Shown one piece after another: positions 9,864 to 17,251 of a DNA stretch of 64,000 nt. Below the pieces are notes generated by a model. It was not told the origin of the DNA, ran no database searches, and saw nothing but the letters and a program-made list of their open reading frames with translations. The number at the start of each line of letters is the position of its first letter. Within the stretch, counting starts at the first letter, position 1. The position numbers and the translations under genes were made by a program. Source of the DNA: a virus; the IMG/VR virus record IMGVR_UViG_3300009068_000024, positions 32,001 through 96,000 of that record; one strand, given 5' to 3'.

Positions 9864-10337
9864 ATGAACATAACACTTATCGCAGTAATGCCATTGGTTT
9901 ATCTGGCTGTTGTTGCTATCCCCCTAATCACCATAGACATTAGAGAACACCGACTACCGAACAAAATTGTTCTCCCTTTTGTTGCTATGGGTCTGGTTAC
10001 CGACATTGGTGCTAGTTTCGCTGGTGGAGAGTGGTGGAGATTAGGACTAGCTCTGGCAGTTGCGTTCGGTATCGGTATCTTAGGTATGTTTGCTAACTAC
10101 TTTGACTTTATCGGTATGGGGGACATCAAACTATTCTTTGGTAGTTCCCTAGTAATCGGCTGGTTCGTCTGGTGGTTGCCGTTGGTATTGGTAATCGCAA
10201 CGCTCATTACCGGTAGTATCGCAATTTTCTATCAGGTATTTATTCGTAAGGCTAATGCTGGAACTAGCGTTCCACTAGGACCTTATGCCATTGTTCTAGC
10301 CCTAATCATTGGAACTTACGGAGTTATGAGTATCTAG
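9864..10337 (+). CDS. prepilin peptidase (A24 family)
   Basis: DIREHRLPN, GMGDIKL and VPLGP motifs; several TM segments. Confidence 0.85.
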   Translation: MNITLIAVMPLVYLAVVAIPLITIDIREHRLPNKIVLPFVAMGLVTDIGASFAGGEWWRLGLALAVAFGIGILGMFANYFDFIGMGDIKLFFGSSLVIGWFVWWLPLVLVIATLITGSIAIFYQVFIRKANAGTSVPLGPYAIVLALIIGTYGVMSI

Positions 10338-10446
10338 GGAAGTAAGCCGAACCCCTTAGCCTAAATGGTTAGGGGGTTTAGCTTTACCCGAAAAAAGACG
10401 ATCTGGTGAAACTTGCGACACGCCAAAAAATAAATAATCTAAATAC

Positions 10447-10502
10447 TTGACTATTTCCATACGGAGAGAGTAATCTGGAAGTAGTTAGGCAAACGACCTA
10501 AC
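10447..10502 (+). promoter_or_regulatory. promoter plus 5' hairpin
   Basis: TTGACT-N18-TAATCT, then AGTTAGGCAAACGACCTAAC; GACACGCC upstream. Confidence 0.8.
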
Positions 10503-10519
10503 AGAATACGGAGATAAAA

Positions 10520-10729
10520 ATGAGTGGATACGACATTGGTGGTGGCTATGATGGCTGGAAACTATCTACCCCTTGGGATAACGAGCGAGAGATTAGCGTT
10601 AGCTTTGAGTGTGCCGAGTGTGAAGTTGAGAATGAAACCGAAGTTGTCGTTGGTGGCAGGTCGGGAGATGTTGATGTTGAGTGTGCCGAGTGTGGCAAGA
10701 ACAACAGCGTCAGTTTTGGTGATGACTAA
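10520..10729 (+). CDS. small Zn-ribbon protein
   Basis: Two ECAEC motifs; RBS ggag. Confidence 0.7.
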   Translation: MSGYDIGGGYDGWKLSTPWDNEREISVSFECAECEVENETEVVVGGRSGDVDVECAECGKNNSVSFGDD

Positions 10730-10867
10730 ATGGACGAGTTTATCAGAACTACAACAGGACAGATAGCACTTTGCCCTAAATGCGAAACAGAACTAGATGT
10801 ATTCTGTGTTTGCGCAAACAGCAACCCTATTGCTTGCGATAACTGCTGTGGATGTGAACAGCACTAA
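10730..10867 (+). CDS. small Cys-rich protein
   Basis: Abuts the previous stop; CPKC...CVC...CDNCCGC. Confidence 0.5.
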   Translation: MDEFIRTTTGQIALCPKCETELDVFCVCANSNPIACDNCCGCEQH

Positions 10868-10876
10868 CTAGCAACA

Positions 10877-10904
10877 ACACCCGAGCAAGTGTCTAAAAGG
10901 CTCA
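10877..10904 (+). ncRNA. H-type pseudoknot motif, copy 4
   Basis: ACAC/GTGT and GAGC/GCTC stems. Confidence 0.6.
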
Positions 10905-10928
10905 ACCTAAATCTTTGGAAAGGCAAAA

Positions 10929-11105
10929 GTGAAAGATAGAAAATCTAAGATCGCTTGTTGGTCTTGTGGCAAACTCACCGAAGTAAAATACATTGGTGAA
11001 AACACACATAAACAAGAGTGCCAAGAGTGTAAAAATTGGCGAGCTGAACGCTATGCTGTATTGTGTAAGAACACCGAAAAAGAAAGATCTAAAAATGCTA
11101 AATAA
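10929..11105 (+). CDS. small Zn-finger protein
   Basis: RBS ggaaagg, GTG start, CWSC...CQEC, read by hand. Confidence 0.55.
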   Translation: MKDRKSKIACWSCGKLTEVKYIGENTHKQECQECKNWRAERYAVLCKNTEKERSKNAK

Positions 11106-11223
11106 AGTTGCGAGATTACTTAGGGGAATTAGTAAAGTGCTAATGACCACAGGACACCGACTTAGTTGGTATGCGAACAAGCTTGACAGCACAGCAAGAA
11201 AAATTAGAAACGCTAGAAAATAA
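11095..11223 (+). CDS. small basic protein
   Basis: ATG overlapping the end of the previous gene. Confidence 0.4.
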   Translation: MLNKVARLLRGISKVLMTTGHRLSWYANKLDSTARKIRNARK

Positions 11224-11285
11224 ACTTGACAAAGTTTCCATACAGCAACTAAACTAAATACATCAAGACGAAAAGAGGTGAGAAA

Positions 11286-11513
11286 ATGGGAAAAAAAGTT
11301 GATACTTGGACTTGGTTTGTTGCTCGCTATGAGCAACAGGGATACAAATCTCTAAACCAATTCGCTATCGCAACAGGCTTACAAAAGTCTAGCCTTAGCC
11401 GATACTTTCATAATCAACGACACATTCCGTCAAATACTTTGGCTGTGTTGTGTCGTGAGCTGGAAGTTTCTCCAACTGAACTACTGATCGCAATTGGCGA
11501 GAAAGTAAAGTAA
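11286..11513 (+). CDS. XRE-family HTH DNA-binding protein
   Basis: SLNQFAIATGLQKSSLSRYF...LCRELEVSPTELL. Confidence 0.85.
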   Translation: MGKKVDTWTWFVARYEQQGYKSLNQFAIATGLQKSSLSRYFHNQRHIPSNTLAVLCRELEVSPTELLIAIGEKVK

Positions 11514-11518
11514 GTGCC

Positions 11519-11546
11519 GAACCTGAGCAAGTTCTAAAAAGGCTCA
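11519..11546 (+). ncRNA. H-type pseudoknot motif, copy 5
   Basis: GAAC/GTTC and TGAGC/GCTCA stems. Confidence 0.65.
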
Positions 11547-11579
11547 ACTAAAAAACTAATAGAAAGTTGCTGTGAAGTT

Positions 11580-11771
11580 ATGAAAACATTTTTGTTGTTG
11601 CTAGGTCTATGGTCTGCTGGTTGCGGTGTTTATTGGGGGATTATAGTTGAGCATAATCACCGAGCATTAGAAATAGGTCTTAGTCTGGCGTTCCTGATAC
11701 TATTTGTTGATACACTATTAGCAGTTGCCGAGCTTCCTAGATTTATTGGAAAGCGTAATAGGCGTAAATAG
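11580..11771 (+). CDS. small two-TM membrane protein
   Basis: Two hydrophobic segments and a basic tail. Confidence 0.6.
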   Translation: MKTFLLLLGLWSAGCGVYWGIIVEHNHRALEIGLSLAFLILFVDTLLAVAELPRFIGKRNRRK

Positions 11772-11810
11772 ACTTGGTAGAGGGTTTCTTTCATTTCCCC
11801 TCTGCCGAAC

Positions 11811-11838
11811 ACACCTGAACAAGTGTCTAAAAGGTTCA
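11811..11838 (+). ncRNA. H-type pseudoknot motif, copy 6
   Basis: ACAC/GTGT and TGAAC/GTTCA stems. Confidence 0.65.
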
Positions 11839-11918
11839 TTTATTTTTTAGAGATCGGGAATTTTTTATGCCGATTAGAAGTTATTATTTATGTAATGACT
11901 AACTACAAAGGAGACAAA

Positions 11919-12077
11919 ATGAAAAGAACTAAATTCACACCAGAACGAGTTGTTGAGCTGGACAGACTAGACAGACTTAGAACCTATGACTTACTTTATA
12001 GGGCTATGTTTGCCGGTCTAATCCCCTTTGAGCCGAACCTAAGACTAAAGCGTATGGTCAGGGTAAAGAAGTCTTAG
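11919..12077 (+). CDS. hypothetical protein
   Basis: RBS aaggag places the start at 11919. Confidence 0.6.
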   Translation: MKRTKFTPERVVELDRLDRLRTYDLLYRAMFAGLIPFEPNLRLKRMVRVKKS

Positions 12078-12116
12078 AGAGATTTCTAGAGATCCAAAAA
12101 ATAAATGCCGACACGC

Positions 12117-12172
12117 TTGCTTATTTCCATTTGGAAATGCTAAAGTTGTATTAGTTAGGTAAATCGCCTAAC
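12117..12172 (+). promoter_or_regulatory. promoter plus 5' hairpin
   Basis: GACACGC-TTGCTT-N18-TAAAGT, then AGTTAGGTAAATCGCCTAAC. Confidence 0.75.
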
Positions 12173-12188
12173 AGATACGGAGATAAAA

Positions 12189-12377
12189 ATGAAAAAAGCA
12201 TTAGACAACATTGGGCTTGATAAAGAAAACTTTGAGAGCAACCTTGATGATGGAATTACGATCACCGATAATCAGTGGGAAAAAATTGCCGGTGAGATAG
12301 ATGGCAGAGTTGAGAACTTTGTTTTGGAACTGCTAAACATTTTGGCAGCCGAAGTCCAAGAAGGAAATTGGGACTAA
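12189..12377 (+). CDS. small acidic hypothetical protein
   Basis: Cassette header and RBS ggag. Confidence 0.7.
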   Translation: MKKALDNIGLDKENFESNLDDGITITDNQWEKIAGEIDGRVENFVLELLNILAAEVQEGNWD

Positions 12378-12395
12378 AAATAAATTGCGACACGC

Positions 12396-12451
12396 TTGAT
12401 TATTTCCATACGGAGATGCTAAAGTTGGAGTAGTTAGGTAAGTTGCCTAGC
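12396..12451 (+). promoter_or_regulatory. promoter plus 5' hairpin
   Basis: GACACGC-TTGATT-N18-TAAAGT, then AGTTAGGTAAGTTGCCTAGC. Confidence 0.75.
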
Positions 12452-12466
12452 AGTTACGGAGTAAAA

Positions 12467-12745
12467 ATGAGCAAGCAAGATTACAAGGTATTCTGGTGGA
12501 TACAGATTTATCCATACGGATACGAAAAGGACAGCGAACTTAGAAACATTGAGTTCTCTGGTGTTATTAGTGCCGATAATGAAGATGATGCTATGGATCA
12601 GGTTAGGGAAGATAACGACATTATTGGTGATGATTTCATTGGCTATCCTGAACCTGACTACATTGATAGTCACCCCGACATTGAGATAGTTTGGACAGAG
12701 GATATGTCTGCCGAGCCTGTGTTGGACTTGACTAAAGACGAGTAA
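12467..12745 (+). CDS. highly acidic hypothetical protein
   Basis: RBS ggag places the start at 12467; D/E-rich. Confidence 0.7.
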   Translation: MSKQDYKVFWWIQIYPYGYEKDSELRNIEFSGVISADNEDDAMDQVREDNDIIGDDFIGYPEPDYIDSHPDIEIVWTEDMSAEPVLDLTKDE

Positions 12746-12814
12746 GCCCTGCGAGTAGAAAGCCCTTAGCCGAAACGCTAGGGGTTTTTTACTGCTGAAC
12801 ACGCCTAGATAATC

Positions 12815-12869
12815 TTGACTAAATGCCGATAAGTGATCTAGGATTTTAGTAGTTAGGTAATCGCCTAAT
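12815..12869 (+). promoter_or_regulatory. promoter plus 5' hairpin
   Basis: TTGACT-N18-TAGGAT, then AGTTAGGTAATCGCCTAAT. Confidence 0.75.
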
Positions 12870-12890
12870 AAAAATAAAGAAAGTAGAAAA

Positions 12891-13169
12891 ATGAAACTAC
12901 AAGCAACCAAGTCAAGTCCAGTCTGGCAAAAGATTATTGCCGATAATAAAGAGTGGTTTTCTAAATCAACACTGGAGTTTTTCAAATCAACTATTTTTTG
13001 GTCAAGCCTGAAAGAAACTGAACAGGGTCTAAAGTTTGTAACTAGCGAGTGGGATTACCAGCAGGAGACTAAGGTATTCACCATTAGGTTAGTTACCGAT
13101 AGGGGCATAGAAACTATCAGTCTATACGGAGAGTATTCCAGCCTTATAGAAGCCTTACGAGCCTTATAG
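12891..13169 (+). CDS. conserved phage hypothetical protein
   Basis: WFSKSTLEFFKS...FVTSE...FTIR motif; cassette context. Confidence 0.7.
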   Translation: MKLQATKSSPVWQKIIADNKEWFSKSTLEFFKSTIFWSSLKETEQGLKFVTSEWDYQQETKVFTIRLVTDRGIETISLYGEYSSLIEALRAL

Positions 13170-13251
13170 AGATCGTAAAACTGAACCCTTGCCGAAGCTC
13201 AGGCAGGGGTTTAGTTCTATCTAGACACGCCAAAATAAATTAGTTAGATAC

Positions 13252-13310
13252 TTGACGGAATAAAATTGGTGGTGGTAGAGTTTTATTATTAGTTAGGTAA
13301 GTTGCCTAAC
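13252..13310 (+). promoter_or_regulatory. promoter plus 5' hairpin
   Basis: TTGACG-N18-TAGAGT, then AGTTAGGTAAGTTGCCTAAC. Confidence 0.75.
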
Positions 13311-13314
13311 GGAA

Positions 13315-13521
13315 ATGAGAAAAATGGAAAACTTTCTAGACATCAACAAGGTTGCTAAAATTGTTGGACTGCCAGCAACACAGGAAACTTGCCCAGGCTG
13401 TTCCGAACTTATTACGGACACTAATCCCCTAATTGACGCTGAACGCTACACCGTAAATTCTTACACTGGTTATTGTGAGAACTGCTACGACCCAACCCCT
13501 TACTATCCCAAGATAGATTAG
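13315..13521 (+). CDS. small Zn-finger protein, paralog of 8323-8562
   Basis: CPGC...NPLIDAERY...CENCYDPTP; start may be at 13324. Confidence 0.7.
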   Translation: MRKMENFLDINKVAKIVGLPATQETCPGCSELITDTNPLIDAERYTVNSYTGYCENCYDPTPYYPKID

Positions 13522-13581
13522 GGGGGGGGGGATAATCCAGATCTGGTTTATCAACACGCCAAAACTAAATAAAGAAAATGT

Positions 13582-13638
13582 TTGACTATTCCCAGCTGGA
13601 ACCGATAAGATTTTATTAGTTAGGAAAAATCACCTAGC
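13582..13638 (+). promoter_or_regulatory. promoter plus 5' hairpin
   Basis: TTGACT-N18-TAAGAT, then AGTTAGGAAAAATCACCTAGC. Confidence 0.75.
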
Positions 13639-13652
13639 GGAAATGAGAAAAA

Positions 13653-13832
13653 ATGTTTTACTTACAGACAACATCAACCCTAGTAAGACTTTCTAATGGA
13701 GAAACTTTTACTCAATGCGAAATCTGCGGTAGATGTTATGAGAACGAACACTGGGACAGAACCAAGATAACCAGGACTGACTGGGCTTGGACTTGCGACC
13801 ACAGCGACCAGGACACCGGAATACTAGATTAG
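13653..13832 (+). CDS. small Zn-binding hypothetical protein
   Basis: 59 aa read by hand after the cassette header; CEIC...CDH. Confidence 0.6.
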   Translation: MFYLQTTSTLVRLSNGETFTQCEICGRCYENEHWDRTKITRTDWAWTCDHSDQDTGILD

Positions 13833-13962
13833 CCTGGTTGCCGATAAGTCCCCTGGTAGAGATACCGGGGGATTTATCTTTACCAGGTGCGACCTGGTGC
13901 CAGGATCTAAAATCCAGGGACAAGCTTGCCAGGATAAATTATTAGACACGCCAGGAAAAGAT

Positions 13963-14019
13963 TTGACTATTCCCAGGTGGAACTGGTAGATTTTTATTAG
14001 CCAGGTAAAACCCCCTGGC
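13963..14019 (+). promoter_or_regulatory. promoter plus covariant 5' hairpin
   Basis: TTGACT-N18-TAGATT, then AGCCAGGTAAAACCCCCTGGC. Confidence 0.75.
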
Positions 14020-14031
14020 AGAAAGAAAAAA

Positions 14032-14379
14032 ATGAACCAGGAACAAATTGAATTGTTTGGAATGATAGCTGATGACGCCGGTATGTCTATTGACTACTGG
14101 GCAGACACAGCGCACCACGACACAGAAAAGCACACTTACCAGATTACTTTATTACCGGACTGCGTTGATGAAACTGCCGGTGTTGTGAGCAAAACAATTT
14201 CTTACCAGGATTTACTAGACGCTACCAGGAAGCTAGCAACCGGTGAAGTAAGCGTGAACCCGGCCACCAAGTCAGTTTGCCAGGCTATCATTAGCGACCC
14301 GGCAGACGTTGATTATGACGCTACTGATACCGATGTTATTGTCCAGGTTGCGATGTTTGGTGAAATCGTATTCGGCTAG
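14032..14379 (+). CDS. conserved actinophage hypothetical protein
   Basis: IDYWA...DYDATDTDVIVQVAMFGEIVFG C-terminus. Confidence 0.75.
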   Translation: MNQEQIELFGMIADDAGMSIDYWADTAHHDTEKHTYQITLLPDCVDETAGVVSKTISYQDLLDATRKLATGEVSVNPATKSVCQAIISDPADVDYDATDTDVIVQVAMFGEIVFG

Positions 14380-14630
14380 ACAGCTAAGAGATGTCCCCCT
14401 GGTGAGAGCCGGGGGGGGGGGGATTATTTCTATTCTGGCCAGGACTGCCAGGGCGAGCTAGCCAGGAGCCAGGAGCCAGGAGCTAGATACGGATAATAAA
14501 CCAGGAACCAGGATCTAAATAATTAACCAGGTCAAGCCGGACACACTAGGTTTAGATTAAAGCCGGTTAGGTTAGTTATTATATGCTTAGATTATTAAGC
14601 AACTTTATTTAGTTATACGGAAGGTATAAA

Positions 14631-14852
14631 ATGAAAAAATTTATTACAAGAGCTGCAATTGCTTTACTACTAGCTATTGCCGGAATTCTTTCAACACAGA
14701 TATCCAGGCTTTATCTAGAGCAATATGTTTTCTTTGATGACAATGCCGAAACCCTGGCTATGTACGCCAGGTGGCAAGTTGGTACCTGGATTTTTGCCAG
14801 CCTATCTTTGATCTCCCTGGCCTGGGCTATTGTTTCTACCAGGAAAGATTAG
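14631..14852 (+). CDS. small membrane protein
   Basis: Two hydrophobic segments; RBS ggaagg. Confidence 0.65.
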   Translation: MKKFITRAAIALLLAIAGILSTQISRLYLEQYVFFDDNAETLAMYARWQVGTWIFASLSLISLAWAIVSTRKD

Positions 14853-14975
14853 CCTGGAGTACCTGGTTTAATGCGGTAGATTATATAAATCTAAGTTACT
14901 CCCCTGGGGCGTGTTCGCCCTGGGGGATTACCTCTATTCGGTATAAGGTAAAATGTATTGAGATTGGAGTGTGCT

Positions 14976-15182
14976 ATGGAAATACCGAGCCCGAAACTTA
15001 ACGCCGCTTATCAAGAATATAAGAATGGAACTCTTGACCCTAAAGAGCTAACCATAGAAGAAAGTCTTGATCTGCAGTATGAATACTTTTTACATCAAAA
15101 GCAAATTAATGATGCCGATGTGATAAAGTTTGTAAAGCTTGTGATGATTGCTTCAGAATCTGAAGTAAACGATCAAGAGTAG
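14976..15182 (+). CDS. hypothetical protein
   Basis: RBS ggag before the ATG at 14976. Confidence 0.55.
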   Translation: MEIPSPKLNAAYQEYKNGTLDPKELTIEESLDLQYEYFLHQKQINDADVIKFVKLVMIASESEVNDQE

Positions 15183-15298
15183 CTATTAACAGTGCTACAA
15201 TCTAAAAATACCGTTTAAAGACAAACGGTTATGGGAGAACCCAACCAATAACGACCGAGTACTAACTCACCTCAAAAATCAGGAAAGGTAGGTCGCCA

Positions 15299-15874
15299 AT
15301 GAGAAAGTTCGCAACATTACTAATAGCGGTGGTATTAACCATTGCCGGATGCTCAGCCTCTGCAGCTATAGCATCCAAATATCCAGTAGCGAAAACAACA
15401 GAAACACCGGTGGTTGTCGTAGAAACACAGCCGCTACCTGTCAGTCAGTTAAAGCTAATGCAAAAAACATCTAACTTTAAAGAGGTTAGAAATTATGCAC
15501 GAATGAATCTGATTGTTAGGTATCTGAAGACACGCGTCGGGAAGACATCATATGTTTTCTCTGGCTCGTCAACCAGAGGATGGGACTGTTCCGGAATGGT
15601 TCGCTGGACTTATAAACAGTTCGGTATAACTCTTCCTCACTCTGCTAATAAACAAGGTCATCTTGGTAGCCGAGTATCTAACCCTAACGTTGGAGATATC
15701 GTTGTGTTTGCATACAACGGTAGCACCAACTTCTATCATGCTGCCATCTATATTGGCAACAATAAAATAGTTAACGCTAACTACGCATACGGTACAACTA
15801 TCATTGAACCGTTATCTAACTACAAACACAGTCAGATCCGCTTTGTTCGTGTTATCAGGCAGCAGAAGAACTAA
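15299..15874 (+). CDS. secreted NlpC/P60 (C40) peptidoglycan endopeptidase
   Basis: Signal peptide; GWDCSGMV, GDIVVF and YHAAIYIG motifs. Confidence 0.9.
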   Translation: MRKFATLLIAVVLTIAGCSASAAIASKYPVAKTTETPVVVVETQPLPVSQLKLMQKTSNFKEVRNYARMNLIVRYLKTRVGKTSYVFSGSSTRGWDCSGMVRWTYKQFGITLPHSANKQGHLGSRVSNPNVGDIVVFAYNGSTNFYHAAIYIGNNKIVNANYAYGTTIIEPLSNYKHSQIRFVRVIRQQKN

Positions 15875-15907
15875 GGTGGAACGGCTATAAGCTGCTTAGA
15901 TTCTAGG

Positions 15908-15938
15908 GAAGGCCTTCGGTGTAATGCCGGGGGCCTTC
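15908..15938 (+). terminator. hairpin terminator
   Basis: gaaggccttcgg...ccggggccttc inverted repeat. Confidence 0.55.
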
Positions 15939-15987
15939 TCACATTTTTGAACACACTATAGAATTAGTACATACGAGAGGATGATCG

Positions 15988-16134
15988 ATGGATCCCATAT
16001 ATGCATTAGCCATTGCCGTAACTATTACCATAGCTGTGGTGGGTTCAATCGCTCTACTTGGGCTAGCAATTGTTAGTCTTACAATCAATAGAACGGTAGA
16101 CAATGCCGACTTTATATCTGACATCGAGGAGTGA
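15988..16134 (+). CDS. small single-TM protein
   Basis: RBS gagagga, hydrophobic segment, read by hand. Confidence 0.55.
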   Translation: MDPIYALAIAVTITIAVVGSIALLGLAIVSLTINRTVDNADFISDIEE

Positions 16135-16135
16135 C

Positions 16136-16411
16136 ATGGAAATATTTATTAACCTAGGTCTACTGGCATTAGCCGTAGGCTTTGTATCTGCAGTGCTATA
16201 CAGCTTTGTATATCGCACTCGGAATAAGAAGATCAAAACTGTAAACATTACTATCGAGGTGCCAAAATGTGCTTGCGGTGGCAATTGTGCTTGCGGTAGT
16301 AAGAAGCCGAAAGGCAAGAAGGTTCAGCCTTTGCTTGGCGTAGTTGCACCTAAGCTAGAAGACTCATACGGTCCAATAGTTTCAACACCTAAGAAGAAGG
16401 CGGTCAAGTAA
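16136..16411 (+). CDS. membrane-anchored protein with CACGGNCACG motif
   Basis: RBS gaggag, N-terminal TM segment. Confidence 0.65.
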   Translation: MEIFINLGLLALAVGFVSAVLYSFVYRTRNKKIKTVNITIEVPKCACGGNCACGSKKPKGKKVQPLLGVVAPKLEDSYGPIVSTPKKKAVK

Positions 16412-16581
16412 TGCCGGGCTGGTTCATTAAACTTAGAGACATCGTTTGGCCTTCAGTTGCATCTGTAGTACTTGCGGTAGTCGCTATTGTGCTTGCGGTA
16501 GCAAGTGTCGGATCTCCAGTACTCCCAATTGTATTTGGACTAACTTCGATCTCGATGGCCCTACTCGCTCAGCGGGTATAA
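16411..16581 (+). CDS. small two-TM protein (holin candidate)
   Basis: TAATG overlap, 56 mostly hydrophobic aa, read by hand. Confidence 0.5.
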   Translation: MPGWFIKLRDIVWPSVASVVLAVVAIVLAVASVGSPVLPIVFGLTSISMALLAQRV

Positions 16582-16610
16582 TAAAGATCTAATCTTACAA
16601 AGGAGGCCTT

Positions 16611-17183
16611 ATGGCAGAGAAGAAAACAGATGCGGCTCAAGAAGCCGTCATTGAAGAAGTCGTAGCAGTGGTTGAAGAGCCAGCTGCTGTCGAAGAAGTA
16701 GTAGTTGAAGATGCGGTAGAGCCTACAGTCGAAGCTGTTGTCGAAGAACCTGTAGTTGAAACTATTACTGAATCCGTAGTTGAAGAAGCGGTAGTAGAAC
16801 CTACTGTAGATTCAGTTGAAGATCTCAAGTATGCTGTTCCAGTTGCAGTAACTAGAGAGGACATCGAGAACTATCTACCTACACCAGCTGGCCCAGCTGT
16901 AGTTGGAACTGGCGTAGTTGATGATGTAATCCTATCTTCATGCGTCTACAAGAATGATGCAAACCGTAGATCACTAACCGTGTATCACGTTCAGCGTAGG
17001 CTGATCGAGCTAGAGCTATTGCAAGATGGCTTAGTCAAAGCCGGTTACTATGGAGATCTAACTAAGCAAGCGGTAGCTGTGTTTCAATCTAATAATGGCA
17101 TTGTAGGCGATGGCCTTATGAATGCGGAGACCTTTACTGCATTGTTTGATGGCGATCCAAACGTAAACGTAGTGCTTGCTTAA
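16611..17183 (+). CDS. acidic-linker protein with C-terminal peptidoglycan-binding domain
   Basis: VQRRL...GYYGDLTKQAVAVFQ...GDGLMNAETF, PGBD pattern. Confidence 0.75.
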   Translation: MAEKKTDAAQEAVIEEVVAVVEEPAAVEEVVVEDAVEPTVEAVVEEPVVETITESVVEEAVVEPTVDSVEDLKYAVPVAVTREDIENYLPTPAGPAVVGTGVVDDVILSSCVYKNDANRRSLTVYHVQRRLIELELLQDGLVKAGYYGDLTKQAVAVFQSNNGIVGDGLMNAETFTALFDGDPNVNVVLA

Positions 17184-17251
17184 GCTGCACACCTTAGAGG
17201 CGGTCCTGCTAATGCGGGGCCGTTTCTACTATCATGGATGTAGGAGACTAA

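Noticed and set aside
12434-12985. 183-aa minus-strand ORF (also 10902-11336)
   Set aside because: Antisense to plus-strand cassettes that have clear promoters and RBSs
9822-14019. Repeated AGTTAGG...CCTAAC units as a CRISPR array
   Set aside because: Spacing is hundreds of bp with whole genes between copies, each copy follows a promoter, and no cas genes are present
13520-14422. Poly-G runs at about 13520 and 14411 as phase-variation tracts
   Set aside because: They lie at gene ends in the 3' arm of terminator-like hairpins; their length may be a sequencing artefact
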